NCBI GenBank assembly: GCA_964579635.1
Contig: CAZOFV010000003.1
Coordinates: 2,768-66,767 of the forward strand
Length of the DNA stretch: 64,000 nucleotides
DNA from: an uncultured Candidatus Saccharibacteria bacterium
GTDB taxonomy: Bacteria > Patescibacteriota > Minisyncoccia > Phycocordibacterales > VMEP01
Direction of reading: 5' to 3'
A program made the position numbers and the translations under genes. Below, in pieces: positions 47,506 through 58,378 of this stretch. Every line of letters starts with the position of its first letter. Position 1 is the first letter of the stretch. The notes beneath the pieces were generated by a model that worked only from the letters and a program-made list of their open reading frames with translations, was not told the origin of the DNA and ran no database searches.

Positions 47506-48438
47506 TTAATAAATAAATTCAGGTGTTATTTCTTTGTTCTTCATTTCCAGCCATTTTTCAGATGAAGATAGAAGTGACGACCAATCTGAGTATGGTTCTA
47601 CTAGCTCATCATTTTTACTATGCAAAATCATTCTAATTTTGTTTCGTAGTATTTTAAGCTTATTTATAATGAAATTGTCTGGATTTTTTCCTAAATAAAA
47701 CTTGTTTAACCTGTCAGTTTCAGTTTCTATCTCTTTTGAAAGAGTTTCGCTTACGCTTTGTGGGGTTAATATGTTTACATAAGAGTACCCAGTATACCAA
47801 GCAATTTTAACTTTTCCAGACGTAACTCGTAGAGACATTTCCATGTCTGCGCGTCTAAAGATAGGATCCCTTAAACCTATTAACGGAATAGAGTTACGAC
47901 GTAAAATCATACCAAGTTCACAGAAAGAAAATGGTACATGGTTTTTTTGGTATTTCTTAAAGTCGTCTACATAAACAAGAGCTTTTAGTTTTCCATGAGA
48001 ACCAAGAACTCCACCCTCGGTGTTTATTAGATCTATTTCGGGGTGTTTTATCATAAACTCTTTACAAGCTGTAATTGATGGATAATGAGATGCATCATCA
48101 TCTGCAATAAATTTTAAAAGAGTTCCTTTTGATGTAAGAGTTAACTTATTTATTGCATGGGCAACACTAACATCAGGTTCAGATATATAACAATCAATAG
48201 ACCCTAGTTTTTTTAATTCAGCGAGGTATTCCTTGGTGCCATCAGAGCTTTGCCCGTCTGCTACCAGGATATCCTCATCTTCTTTTTTTTGAGAAATTAA
48301 TTTTTCTAAGGTAACTTTTAGGTATGGAAGTTTGTTTTTTGTTACTACAAGGTAGGAGAGATTTATGTTTTTTTCCATAAAGTTTAGATTCGTTTTGGCT
48401 ATGATAAGGCCTCTATATCCTTTAGTCAAGAAATCCAA
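47506..48438 (-). CDS. Glycosyltransferase family 2
   Basis: LSYLVVTKN...VADGQSSDGT and a DDD region. Confidence 0.7.
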   Translation of the reverse strand: MDFLTKGYRGLIIAKTNLNFMEKNINLSYLVVTKNKLPYLKVTLEKLISQKKEDEDILVADGQSSDGTKEYLAELKKLGSIDCYISEPDVSVAHAINKLTLTSKGTLLKFIADDDASHYPSITACKEFMIKHPEIDLINTEGGVLGSHGKLKALVYVDDFKKYQKNHVPFSFCELGMILRRNSIPLIGLRDPIFRRADMEMSLRVTSGKVKIAWYTGYSYVNILTPQSVSETLSKEIETETDRLNKFYLGKNPDNFIINKLKILRNKIRMILHSKNDELVEPYSDWSSLLSSSEKWLEMKNKEITPEFIY

Positions 48439-48485
48439 ATTTATTAAAATTTACAAATATATGGTATTTATGAGATAGTAATTAT

Positions 48486-49058
48486 ATGTTTATTAAAGAC
48501 AGAATTCAAACATCTATTGATACAAAGAAGCGTCTATTGGATGACGTTTCTATTATTAGTATTGCAGAAGATATAACTAAAGCTATAACCGAAAGTTACG
48601 AAAAAGGGAATAAGACTCTTTGGTGTGGAAATGGGGGAAGTGCTGCCGATGCTCAACACCTGGCCGCTGAACTTTCTGGTAAATATTATTTTGATCGCGA
48701 ACCACTTTCTTCTGAGGCTCTTCATGTTAATACTTCTTATCTTACGGCTGTGGCAAACGATTACTCATACGATATTGTTTACGCAAGGCTAGTAAAAGCC
48801 ACTGGGAAAAAGGGAGATGTTTTAGTTGGGCTTTCTACTTCAGGAAATTCAAAAAATGTTGTTCTTGCGTTAGAAGAGGCTAAAAAAATAGGAATGATCA
48901 CAGTCGGGTTTACTGGAGAGAAACCATCTAAAATGGATTCACTTTGTGACTATTTAATAAAAATACCCTCAGTTGATACTCCACGCATACAGGAATGCCA
49001 CATGTTATTGGGACATTCAATTTGTGAAGGAGTTGAGCAAAATCTTTTTGGTGTGTAA
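48486..49058 (+). CDS. gmhA: D-sedoheptulose-7-phosphate isomerase (SIS domain)
   Basis: LWCGNGGSAADAQHLAAEL and GLSTSGNS, the GmhA signatures. Confidence 0.85.
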   Translation: MFIKDRIQTSIDTKKRLLDDVSIISIAEDITKAITESYEKGNKTLWCGNGGSAADAQHLAAELSGKYYFDREPLSSEALHVNTSYLTAVANDYSYDIVYARLVKATGKKGDVLVGLSTSGNSKNVVLALEEAKKIGMITVGFTGEKPSKMDSLCDYLIKIPSVDTPRIQECHMLLGHSICEGVEQNLFGV

Positions 49059-49062
49059 TTTT

Positions 49063-49938
49063 TTATTTTGTAAATATTTTCCCTTTATAGTTTTCGTTTT
49101 CTGTCTTTACTCTCCACATATAAAGAGGAATAAAACAGACGTGACTATTTTTGAATGTTTCAGCAACGTGGAAGTTAAAATCCTTATCGGCACCTCTTCC
49201 CATAAACGATGGCCAGACTCTATTTTCAAGATTTCTAAATTTCACTTTTTCAATAACTTCTCGTTTAAAAAGGGGAGAGTTCCCAGCTCCAGGATAGTTT
49301 TCATATGACCCAAAAAATAATCTATGAATAATCCTTTTTCTTTTTAGGTGAAACGGTATTATTTTGTTTAACTTAACTGAAATTTTCGCAATTAGACCTT
49401 TTGATCTTTGGGACATTAAGTATAAATCATTTGGATAAAGTATTTTTAGATTTTCTAAAAATACCTCTACTGATAACTCTTTGTTAAGATATTTTTCGTC
49501 AAACTGTATCCAATCAAGGGTTAAATGACTCGAATTATTTTTTTGAAGTAAATTGAGCTGAATCTCTATCCGGTTAAGAAAAGAAGCGTCGTCTGCATCT
49601 TGAAATGTTATCAATTCTCCTTTGGCGTGTTTAAAACCAGTATTTCTTGCTGAGTATCCAGCATTTATGTTTCGATTTAATTTTTTATCAAAGCGTAATG
49701 GATCAGTTTCGCTGTTAACTAATTTTATTCTATTATCTTTTTTTATTATGTCTTGAACTACTTTTTTTGTATTATCAGTGCTTGCATCATCAACTACTAT
49801 TATCTCTATATTTTTATAAGTTTGATTAATTATTGAATCAAGTGCAATAGCTATTGTTTTTTCACAATTATAAACAGGGATAATTACACTGATTAGTGGT
49901 TTTTCTTTTGTTGACTCTTTATTAAGATTGAAACTCAT
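49063..49938 (-). CDS. Glycosyltransferase family 2
   Basis: ISVIIPVYNCEKTIAIALDSIINQTYKNIEIIVVDDASTDNT. Confidence 0.8.
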   Translation of the reverse strand: MSFNLNKESTKEKPLISVIIPVYNCEKTIAIALDSIINQTYKNIEIIVVDDASTDNTKKVVQDIIKKDNRIKLVNSETDPLRFDKKLNRNINAGYSARNTGFKHAKGELITFQDADDASFLNRIEIQLNLLQKNNSSHLTLDWIQFDEKYLNKELSVEVFLENLKILYPNDLYLMSQRSKGLIAKISVKLNKIIPFHLKRKRIIHRLFFGSYENYPGAGNSPLFKREVIEKVKFRNLENRVWPSFMGRGADKDFNFHVAETFKNSHVCFIPLYMWRVKTENENYKGKIFTK

Positions 49939-51098
49939 GTATTTTTATCTAGTTTTAATACTTCATCAATAAATTTTGCATAAGCCTCGGAAAAAGTTTC
50001 CCTGGTATATGTTTTTCTGGCATATTTCCATACTGAAATAGATTTTTCAATAATTTCTTCTTGTGGGGTGTTTGAGAATTCTTTAACTATTTTTGAAATT
50101 GATAATGGTGTAGGGTTTTCTAATGGTACATATTCAGCATCTTCTTTTATCCCTGTTTCATGCGTAATTATTGGTATAAGTCCAGCATGCATAGCTTGAA
50201 CAACAGCACCAGAAGAACCTTCTCCTCCAGATGGGTAAATTAAGGCAGAACATTTTTCGACAATTTCCGCAAATTGTTTACCTCCAACGTCGATACGTCC
50301 GTAATAGTGTATATTCGGTGTTTCGTATAATTCCTTTTTGTAGATTTTAACGAAATCATCTTCTGCTGAAACTGGCCCACAAACATGAAGGTGTAAATCA
50401 GGCATCATTGTGAATGCTTCAAGTGTTAAGTCTAATCCCTTGAGGACTGCGCCACCGCCACCGACCCATAAATAATTTTTTCTAGCTTTGTCCCAGTCTT
50501 TTTTTTCAGGGAAATCAAATTTTACTACAGCTGAAATTGGTATAAAAAATATAGGTTTATTGAAACGCTCAAAGGTTGCAAATATTGTCTTATTTCCAAA
50601 CCCTTCAAGAAAATCGGCAGTTTCCGTGTTTTCCGTCGGAGACATTTTTCTTCTTGGGATAAGTTTAACACCGCGCCTTTTTTCTAGTTGATTAAGACGA
50701 TCTTGCTCGGCTTTGTTATAAGCTTCCCAGTGAGACATTAATATGTGAAATACTTTCTTGCATTTTTGTGGGAGGATTTCGGAAAGACGTTTTAAGTTTT
50801 TATCAGTGTCTATACATACTACGTATTTTTTTCGAGGCTTAAATGATGTATTTTTTGAATCAATTATGTCAACTTCGTAACCTCTTTCTGAAAAAAGTCT
50901 TGCAATTTCATAACACTCCCAGTACATGGTATGTATATTTGAAAAAGACTCCCAAGGGGTAAGGGTAAATGGTTCTGTAATATAAGAAATTAAAACATCG
51001 CCCCTCTTTTTACCAACCGGCTTCATAGTAACAACTCCAAAAAGTTTATTGGTTACCTTGTTTTTATATGCCCAATAAATAGCAGTTATCTTATTCAT
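49935..51098 (-). CDS. Glycosyltransferase (GT-B, GT4-like)
   Basis: LIYPSGGEGSSGAVVQAMHAGLIPIITHETG. Confidence 0.65.
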   Translation of the reverse strand: MNKITAIYWAYKNKVTNKLFGVVTMKPVGKKRGDVLISYITEPFTLTPWESFSNIHTMYWECYEIARLFSERGYEVDIIDSKNTSFKPRKKYVVCIDTDKNLKRLSEILPQKCKKVFHILMSHWEAYNKAEQDRLNQLEKRRGVKLIPRRKMSPTENTETADFLEGFGNKTIFATFERFNKPIFFIPISAVVKFDFPEKKDWDKARKNYLWVGGGGAVLKGLDLTLEAFTMMPDLHLHVCGPVSAEDDFVKIYKKELYETPNIHYYGRIDVGGKQFAEIVEKCSALIYPSGGEGSSGAVVQAMHAGLIPIITHETGIKEDAEYVPLENPTPLSISKIVKEFSNTPQEEIIEKSISVWKYARKTYTRETFSEAYAKFIDEVLKLDKNT

Positions 51099-52857
51099 GG
51101 TATTTTTGATGGTGTTTAAACCAAAGTGCTAAACAAAACAAAGACCATATTTTATAAGGATTACTACTCTCGTCTTTATTTGAGTTATTTAAAATATTCA
51201 GCAATTCTTTTTTATTAAAAAGTTCGTTTAACTGTTGGTTTTCGTTTATGGTGTTTTTGACTATTTGTTTAAAACTTTCTATCTGTAGCCACTCTTTTAC
51301 AGGAGCACCAAAACCCTGCTTTCTTCTGTAGACAAATTCTTTTGGCATGATTTCAGTTAATATGTCTTTTAGTATTATTTTCCCACCTTTTTTGTTTACT
51401 TTGTATTTTTCTGGAAGATTATATATGAATTCCGCCATTTTGTGGTCTAAGAAAGGGGATCGAACCTCAAGTCCATGCATCATGCTCATTCGATCTATTT
51501 TAACAAGAAGTTGTCCGGGTAGGTATGTTTCTATGTCAAAATTATTTATTGCTTTTATTTTATTTACATTTGTTTTTTCGTTATGTTTTTCAATATCCTC
51601 GTTTAAAAAAGAATGATTTTTCCATAGATTAATACGTTCTTTTTTTGAAAATATTGCTACATGTTTTAAGTATTCTTTAAATTGATTCGAAAAAAGTACG
51701 TTTTTTAAGTAAATAAGTTTGTTTGTATTCCAGTATTTCCAGTACCAGCCATATCCCATAAGTAATTCATCGGCACCATCGCCAGATATAGCCACTTTAA
51801 CATTTGAAGAGGTTAGTTCCGATATTAGATGTTGAGAAATGTTTGAAGAGTCAGCGTGTGGTTCATCTAGGTATTCCATCACTTTGTTAATCTCTTTAAG
51901 AATTAGTTCGCTTTTTGTTTGTAGTGTGTAATGTTTTGTTCCTATTTTTTCAGATGCTTGTTTTGCGAAAGGAAGTTCATTTATATACCCCTCATAACCA
52001 ACAGAGAATGTTTTTATTGGCGTACTGGTGTATTTTTGTGCATAAGCTGTTGCGATGGTTGAATCAACACCACCAGAAAGGAAACTGCCTATTTCAACAT
52101 CGGCTACCATCCTCTTCTTTACAGCATCATTAAATAATACTTTTAACTTTTCTTTTGCGTTTTCGTAAGTTATTTCGATTGGTTTATCTTCTAGTTTCCA
52201 ATATTGCCAAGTTTTTATTTCCCCATTTTTCACAACACCTGCATGTGCCGGAAGAAGAGTGTGTATGTTTGAATAGATTGTTTTCCACGGTGGTATATAT
52301 GAAAGTTGTAAATAATTATCAAGTGTTTTTTTATCAATTATTCCTTTTATTAGGTTGCTAGCAAAAATTGCTTTAATTTCTGAGGCACCCAAAAAGGTGT
52401 CATTAACCCATGCATAATAGAATGGTTTTTTGCCAAATCGGTCACGAGCTATAAACAACTCCTTTTTTTCATTATTCCAAATAGAAAAAGAAAACATACC
52501 ATCTAGGTGTTGTGGGCAATCATTGCCATATTCTACGTATGCTTTTAGGATTACCTCGGTATCTGAGTTTGTAGAAAAAACATGTCCAATTTTCTCCAAT
52601 TCTTTTTTTAATTCACGATAGTTATAAATCTCTCCGTTAAAAGTAATGGCGAGATCTTTTTCGTTGTCGCGCATTGGCTGGTGCCCCATATTAATGTCTA
52701 TAATCGAAAGGCGGGTTTGTCCTAAAATACACTCCGGAAATTTTAAAACACCGTTATCGTCTGGTCCGCGCTTAGACAACGACAAAATCATTCCCTTGAT
52801 ATTTTCATCAGAGAAATCATTTATGTTTTTTCCGGTAATGCTAATTATTCCACACAT
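51091..52857 (-). CDS. asnB: Asparagine synthase (glutamine-hydrolysing)-like amidotransferase
   Basis: MCGI N-terminal nucleophile Cys and SGGVDS PP-loop. 588 aa. Its location suggests a glycan amidotransferase role (WbpS-like) rather than housekeeping AsnB. Confidence 0.8.
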   Translation of the reverse strand: MCGIISITGKNINDFSDENIKGMILSLSKRGPDDNGVLKFPECILGQTRLSIIDINMGHQPMRDNEKDLAITFNGEIYNYRELKKELEKIGHVFSTNSDTEVILKAYVEYGNDCPQHLDGMFSFSIWNNEKKELFIARDRFGKKPFYYAWVNDTFLGASEIKAIFASNLIKGIIDKKTLDNYLQLSYIPPWKTIYSNIHTLLPAHAGVVKNGEIKTWQYWKLEDKPIEITYENAKEKLKVLFNDAVKKRMVADVEIGSFLSGGVDSTIATAYAQKYTSTPIKTFSVGYEGYINELPFAKQASEKIGTKHYTLQTKSELILKEINKVMEYLDEPHADSSNISQHLISELTSSNVKVAISGDGADELLMGYGWYWKYWNTNKLIYLKNVLFSNQFKEYLKHVAIFSKKERINLWKNHSFLNEDIEKHNEKTNVNKIKAINNFDIETYLPGQLLVKIDRMSMMHGLEVRSPFLDHKMAEFIYNLPEKYKVNKKGGKIILKDILTEIMPKEFVYRRKQGFGAPVKEWLQIESFKQIVKNTINENQQLNELFNKKELLNILNNSNKDESSNPYKIWSLFCLALWFKHHQKYHE

Positions 52858-52864
52858 ATAATAT

Positions 52865-53755
52865 TTAAATTTTTATCCAGCTGTTTGGTATTAAATCGAC
52901 AGTATTATTTTTAGGAGCATTTGCGAACCATTTTTGAGGGGCGATAACTATTTTTTCTTTACTAGGGTTTAACCAGGCACCCCACCAACTGAAACTACTA
53001 TTTGCAATAATATGGTGTTTACACTTGGACATCAATATTAAATCCTCGGCATTTTTATCATTATCGTTTTCCACTAATGTGAAATTGTATTCTAGCCCTT
53101 TAAGTTTCGGTAAAAAATTTTCTATAACCCAGGGATAATTATCTGAAAAAATAAAAAAATTAGGAGAAGGCACCTTGGATGCAATTTGGTTTATAGCTTC
53201 TATGTAATATTCTGCGGAACAGAATCCATGCCAAGGCCTAATGTGTTCCGATGCATATCTTCGCACGTGAATTGATACAGAATTTGTTTCTTCAATTTTT
53301 TTTAATAGCTCTAGGCTATGTGTTGAAAATGGTGCTTTTAGTGTTATTTCTTTTCGTATTTCATCTGCTATGTCTTTAAAATACTTTTCGCTTTGCCAAA
53401 AACCCTCAAAGTACAAAGCTTTTGATGAAAATACTTCTTGGTCGTATGTGAATGTTTTTTCTCCATAGTACCAAGGTTTTATTATTTTTTTTAACCTTAA
53501 TCGATGGTATAAAAAATTAAAAAACGCATTATGTTTACGTAACCAAACGAATCCACCCAAATCTGATTCTTTTGCGATATTTTCCTTTATATTGAATTTC
53601 GATAACCCATATGGATCGGCGGTGTAATAGGTATAAAATGGCGTTACATCCAAAGCAAAATCAATTTTCCTTTTTGACGATAGTGCTCGGGCGAAGGCGT
53701 ATTGGAATATTTGATTACATAAACCACCATTAAGTTTTACAATTAGTTTTTTCAC
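52865..53755 (-). CDS. Glycosyltransferase family 11 (alpha-1,2-fucosyltransferase, FutC/WbsJ-like)
   Basis: LNGGLCNQIFQYAF, SIHVRRYASEH (motif I) and ANSSFSWWGAWL (motif IV). Confidence 0.8.
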   Translation of the reverse strand: MKKLIVKLNGGLCNQIFQYAFARALSSKRKIDFALDVTPFYTYYTADPYGLSKFNIKENIAKESDLGGFVWLRKHNAFFNFLYHRLRLKKIIKPWYYGEKTFTYDQEVFSSKALYFEGFWQSEKYFKDIADEIRKEITLKAPFSTHSLELLKKIEETNSVSIHVRRYASEHIRPWHGFCSAEYYIEAINQIASKVPSPNFFIFSDNYPWVIENFLPKLKGLEYNFTLVENDNDKNAEDLILMSKCKHHIIANSSFSWWGAWLNPSKEKIVIAPQKWFANAPKNNTVDLIPNSWIKI

Positions 53756-54660
53756 GATAGTTTTTTTGTTAATTTTTTAATATATTTTCTAATATTTCTT
53801 TCTTTTGTGTGGATTATAAATGCTCTTGGTAGTCGTATTGTGAGTAATATAATAGCTAATATTTTATATTTAGTTCCATTGAGTGCCTCTATATGTCCTT
53901 TTAAATACGGCCAAAATCTACCAAAAGGGAACATGTGGTTTTTTGGGTTTTTAAATTGCATAGCCGTAACTATTTCATTTTCTTTATGTATTGATAGTTG
54001 GGGACTAGATGCGCCACCAAGCCTTTTTTTAAAGAGTGGTTTTTGGTCAACGACAACACTGAATCTGCTTATAGCCGCTAAACTAAACATATAGTCTTGC
54101 CCCCAAACGTTTCTTTGGGGGTATACTTCCCACACTTTTTTTAATACTTCAGTTTTGAAAAGCGAGTACATTAAATTACATTTGCCGAGGATTTCTGGTT
54201 GAAGAATATATTTTGCTACCTGTAGATATCCGGGTTTCCCGGAAAGGTTTGTCATCCAAATGGCTTCTATTAATGTGCGACCAAAAGAGTCGATTGCGGT
54301 TGTACAGGTTGTGGCTAATCCAAGGTCTTTGTCGTCTTTAAAGTGCCCCAGGCACGTTTCTAGATATTTTTCTTCCCATAAGTCGTCTTGAGCAGCCCAC
54401 ATAAAATACTCCGTGTTTGCCTTGTCGAGAACAAATTTAAAATTAGCAAACATCCCTATATTTTTTTCTTGCTTAAAATAGGTGATTCGTGAATCGTCTT
54501 TTACAAATTCTTTACATATCGTTTCCGTACTATCGGTAGATGAGTCGTCAGATATAAAAATTTTCCAGTCGGTAAAAGTTTGGGCGCGCAAAGAATTAAT
54601 CGCTTCTTTTAGAAATCGTTCACCGTTATATACAGGCATTCCAATAAATATTTTTGTCAT
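53752..54660 (-). CDS. Glycosyltransferase family 2
   Basis: IFIGMPVYNGERFLKEAINSLRAQTFTDWKIFISDDSSTDST. Confidence 0.8.
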   Translation of the reverse strand: MTKIFIGMPVYNGERFLKEAINSLRAQTFTDWKIFISDDSSTDSTETICKEFVKDDSRITYFKQEKNIGMFANFKFVLDKANTEYFMWAAQDDLWEEKYLETCLGHFKDDKDLGLATTCTTAIDSFGRTLIEAIWMTNLSGKPGYLQVAKYILQPEILGKCNLMYSLFKTEVLKKVWEVYPQRNVWGQDYMFSLAAISRFSVVVDQKPLFKKRLGGASSPQLSIHKENEIVTAMQFKNPKNHMFPFGRFWPYLKGHIEALNGTKYKILAIILLTIRLPRAFIIHTKERNIRKYIKKLTKKLS

Positions 54661-55326
54661 CTACTTTATTTTTTTAAGATATCCTCTCGTGTTGAATGTC
54701 GTATCTTTGCCAAACATGTCACATAATTTATTGTCTACTATAAAATCGTCATTTGTTTTCAAGAATTCGTTGATTGCTTTTAGCGGGCCACCGTTAAGTG
54801 GCTTATCTCTTTTAAGTCTAGTTACTATTCCGTCCTCTATTATTAAATATGACCCAACTGGAATTAATTTAGAAAAAGTTTTTATTGTTTCTAAGGTATC
54901 TTTATATAAATGAGAGGCATCATCAATAACAATTATTTTCTTAAATTTATTTACATTATTTAAATCATACTTTTTCCAGCCATCTGTAAAAAATTTTATA
55001 CGAGGGTGTTGTTTTGTTTTTTTATCCACGCGGTCTTCTATATCAATTGTGTGGATTTCACCATGACCAATTGCATCCATTAGGTCAGCAAGATAAAGAG
55101 ATGTTCCTCCAAAATTTGTTCCGATTTCAATAACCAGATCAGGCTTAATTTCAGATAACAGCATTTGGTATATTACATAATCAAAAGGGCACTTAAGGGC
55201 GGGAATTCCTCTGTAAGTTACATTAAAGTGTCCACTATAAATATCCCAAACGCTATATGAACCCATAAGGTATTTTAGGACAGCGTTTCTTTTTGCGTTA
55301 TAAAAATTTTTTATTTTATGTTCCAT
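54661..55326 (-). CDS. CmcI-family class I SAM-dependent methyltransferase (rhamnosyl O-methyltransferase / cephalosporin hydroxylase family)
   Basis: ALKCPFDYVIYQMLL...LVIEIGTNFGGTSLYLADL resembles Pfam CmcI. Adjacent to the wzt ABC ATPase. Confidence 0.65.
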   Translation of the reverse strand: MEHKIKNFYNAKRNAVLKYLMGSYSVWDIYSGHFNVTYRGIPALKCPFDYVIYQMLLSEIKPDLVIEIGTNFGGTSLYLADLMDAIGHGEIHTIDIEDRVDKKTKQHPRIKFFTDGWKKYDLNNVNKFKKIIVIDDASHLYKDTLETIKTFSKLIPVGSYLIIEDGIVTRLKRDKPLNGGPLKAINEFLKTNDDFIVDNKLCDMFGKDTTFNTRGYLKKIK

Positions 55327-56627
55327 TTTAATTTAGGCCTTACAACACCAGGGATGCGTTGGTTGAAATCATTCTTCTTTGCAGTTTCAAGGTTTGCCAT
55401 GACCTGGAAAACAAGCGCATCTTGTTTATAGAAATGTACTTTAAGCGGAAGCATTGTTGAAAGAGCAACCCCAGCTATGTAGGTACCCTCGTTCAATAGG
55501 TTTGCTGGTATCCATGCAATAGCCTTATGTCTTCCAGCAACATCTAATTTTTCATCTAAATCAGAATGGCTAATAAACGCATATTCACCAGCACTAGTGA
55601 ATATATGAATGTTTGGTACAAGATTTTGATTATTTTGCAAAACATCAAATTCCATTTCTATGCCAATTTCCTTGTCTGAAAGAACAAATGATATATCCTC
55701 TCCTTCATTATTTATTATTTTTGCTTTTATGAGTTTAGCGACATCATTGCCAATATTTTTATCAATTAAATCAATTGATGTTGCGTTACTGTTTTTGTCA
55801 TTTAGGTAATGTGCTACGACATCTTTCGTTTCCCCAATTATTTTTACTTTACCTTTTTCTAAAAGAATACATCTTTTGCACAGATTTTGTATTGCCGCCA
55901 TATTGTGGCTTACAAAAAGAATAGTACGTCCTGATTTTTTTGTAACCTCTTCCATTTTCCCTAAACATTTTTTCTGGAATTCAGCATCACCGACGGCGAG
56001 AACCTCATCAACTAAGAGAATATCTGGCTCCATGTGGGCAGCAACAGAGAAGGCGAGGCGAACATACATTCCACTCGAATAGTATTTAACAGGTGTATCA
56101 AGAAATTTATCAATGCCAGCAAAAGCAACTATTTCATCGAATTTTTTAACAATTTCTTTTTTTGTCATTCCCAAGATTGCTCCGTTGAGAAAAATATTTT
56201 CTCTCCCGGTAAGTTCTGGGTGAAAACCAGTACCAACTTCAAGTAGGGAAGCTACCTTACCTTTCATTTTAATTTCTCCTGTGGTTGGTGGAGTTATTCC
56301 TGTGAGAATTTTTAGAAGTGTTGATTTACCAGCACCGTTGTGTCCAATAATTCCAACCACTTCTCCTGGTTCAATATTAAAGCTGACGTCTTTAAGAGCC
56401 CAAAAATCTTCTTTTGTATCAATACCAGCAATTTCTTTTGCTTTCTTTTTTAAGAAAAATAAAGGACGTTTGATAATAGCGGTAAGCACATCCCGTAGCG
56501 CTACATAGTTACCACGGTGATGGTTTATTGTGTATTTTTTCCCTAAATTTTTTACTTCGATAATATTATTATTCATGTTTTTATGCGATATCAGCAAAAT
56601 ACCTTTCCACTTTTTTAAAATAAACAA
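55311..56627 (-). CDS. wzt: Polysaccharide ABC exporter ATP-binding protein (Wzt/TagH-like) with C-terminal carbohydrate-binding extension
   Basis: GIIGHNGAGKSTLLK Walker A, LSSGMYVRLAF signature, about 190 aa extra C-terminal domain. Confidence 0.85.
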   Translation of the reverse strand: MFILKKWKGILLISHKNMNNNIIEVKNLGKKYTINHHRGNYVALRDVLTAIIKRPLFFLKKKAKEIAGIDTKEDFWALKDVSFNIEPGEVVGIIGHNGAGKSTLLKILTGITPPTTGEIKMKGKVASLLEVGTGFHPELTGRENIFLNGAILGMTKKEIVKKFDEIVAFAGIDKFLDTPVKYYSSGMYVRLAFSVAAHMEPDILLVDEVLAVGDAEFQKKCLGKMEEVTKKSGRTILFVSHNMAAIQNLCKRCILLEKGKVKIIGETKDVVAHYLNDKNSNATSIDLIDKNIGNDVAKLIKAKIINNEGEDISFVLSDKEIGIEMEFDVLQNNQNLVPNIHIFTSAGEYAFISHSDLDEKLDVAGRHKAIAWIPANLLNEGTYIAGVALSTMLPLKVHFYKQDALVFQVMANLETAKKNDFNQRIPGVVRPKLKWNIK

Positions 56628-57402
56628 CTCCTATGGCAAGTAGCACTGCACACGCCGTGAATGAAATTCCAATAAGCGTCCAATTGATTGGCGCAGTTCC
56701 TAAAATTCCTGCACGTGCTGACTGAATGACACCCATCATAGGGTTGAAGGCAAGAATCCATGAATATTTTCCGGCGATACTTGCTGGATAAATTACTGGA
56801 GTTAAGAACATTAGTATTTGAATAAAGAACGGTAAAACATAGCGCACGTCGCGATATTTCACATTAATTGCGGCGAGAAATAATCCGCCACCAACCGAAG
56901 CCATAAAGGTTATTGCAAGTAGGAGAGGGAGAATAAATAAACCTGAAAGATGTGGTGTGTAGCCATAATAAATCATCATTCCTATCAGAATTACTGAAGC
57001 TATCGCAAAATCGACAAGTTTTGTTGCAACAGAAGCCAAAGGAAGAATTAGGCGTGGAAAATACACCTTGGTTATTATTGATTGATTACTAATAAGGACA
57101 CTACTTGTTTCTGAAAGTGCACTAGAAAAAAATTGCCAAAAAAGAAGTCCTGTGTACACAAAGATTGGATACGGCACATTATCAGATGGAATTTTTAACA
57201 GTGTCCCAAAGAAAACACTAAAAACAACCATTGTCATGAACGGCTGGAATACTGCCCAGCCAATACCTATGATGGTTTGTTTGTATCGTACTTTAAAATC
57301 ACGCCATACGAAAAAATAAAGAAGCTCCTTATAGTCCCAGAGTTCTTTGAAATCTCTTACGCTTAGAACTTTTTTCGGTTTTATAATTGTTGTAGTAGTC
57401 AT
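56581..57402 (-). CDS. wzm: ABC-2 type polysaccharide exporter permease (Wzm/KpsM-like)
   Basis: Six TM helices and ABC-2 family architecture. Overlaps wzt. Confidence 0.8.
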   Translation of the reverse strand: MTTTTIIKPKKVLSVRDFKELWDYKELLYFFVWRDFKVRYKQTIIGIGWAVFQPFMTMVVFSVFFGTLLKIPSDNVPYPIFVYTGLLFWQFFSSALSETSSVLISNQSIITKVYFPRLILPLASVATKLVDFAIASVILIGMMIYYGYTPHLSGLFILPLLLAITFMASVGGGLFLAAINVKYRDVRYVLPFFIQILMFLTPVIYPASIAGKYSWILAFNPMMGVIQSARAGILGTAPINWTLIGISFTACAVLLAIGVVYFKKVERYFADIA

Positions 57403-57410
57403 TTTTTACT

Positions 57411-58361
57411 TTATGAATTTTTAACTTTATCTAACTTTTGACTATCTTTATACCATTCGTATGTTTTTTTAATTCCATCGTCTATGTTTATTTTATGTTT
57501 CCAGCCAAGTTTATGTAATTTAGAAACGTCTAGGAGTTTTCTTGGTGTGCCATCTGGTTTTGATTTATCCCAAACAATTTTTCCGGAATAACCAGATACT
57601 TTTTTAATTTTTTCAACCAAAGATTTTATAGAAAGATCTGCCCCAGTACCAATATTTACTATCTCCGATTCATTGTAGTTTTGCATAAGGAATAAACAAG
57701 CATCGGCCAGATCGTCTACGTGTAAGAATTCTCTTTTTGGAGATCCTGTTCCCCAAATAACAATTTCTTTATTATTTTTTTCCCGTGCTTCATGAAATCT
57801 TTGAATGAGAGCTGGAAAAACATGGGATGTTACAGGGTCAAAATTATCATTTGGGCCGTAAAGATTTGTTGGCATTACGGAAATAAAGTTTGTGCCGTAT
57901 TGTTTGTTGTATGATTGGCACATAGTTATCCCCGCAATCTTTGCTATAACGTATGCTTTATTTGTTGGTTCTGGTTCGCTGGTTAAGAGGTATTTTTCCT
58001 TGATTGGTTGTGGTGCCATTCTTGGATAAATACAAGAACTTCCTAGAAAAAGTAGTTTTTTTACCTGAGAAATATATGCAGAGTGTATTATATTGTTTTG
58101 TATTATCAAATTTTCATAAATAAAAGATGCTGGATAGGTATTGTTCGCAAGTATTCCGCCAACTTTTGCTGCCGCCAAAAATACATATTCTGGATTTTCT
58201 TTTTTAAAGAATTCAGCAACCTTTTTTTGATCCATTAAATCTAATTCTTTTCGTGTTTTGAGAACTAGGTTTTTGTAACCTTTTTTGTTTAGTAGTCTTA
58301 CGATAGCTGAGCCAACAAGCCCATTGTGTCCAGCTACATAAATTTTTGATGTTTTCTTCAT
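57411..58361 (-). CDS. fcl: GDP-L-fucose synthase (GDP-4-keto-6-deoxy-D-mannose 3,5-epimerase/4-reductase)
   Basis: [15 protein letters not shown], YxxxK region and 316 aa. Confidence 0.85.
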   Translation of the reverse strand: MKKTSKIYVAGHNGLVGSAIVRLLNKKGYKNLVLKTRKELDLMDQKKVAEFFKKENPEYVFLAAAKVGGILANNTYPASFIYENLIIQNNIIHSAYISQVKKLLFLGSSCIYPRMAPQPIKEKYLLTSEPEPTNKAYVIAKIAGITMCQSYNKQYGTNFISVMPTNLYGPNDNFDPVTSHVFPALIQRFHEAREKNNKEIVIWGTGSPKREFLHVDDLADACLFLMQNYNESEIVNIGTGADLSIKSLVEKIKKVSGYSGKIVWDKSKPDGTPRKLLDVSKLHKLGWKHKINIDDGIKKTYEWYKDSQKLDKVKNS

Positions 58362-58378
58362 GTCCTATAAGTTATAGT

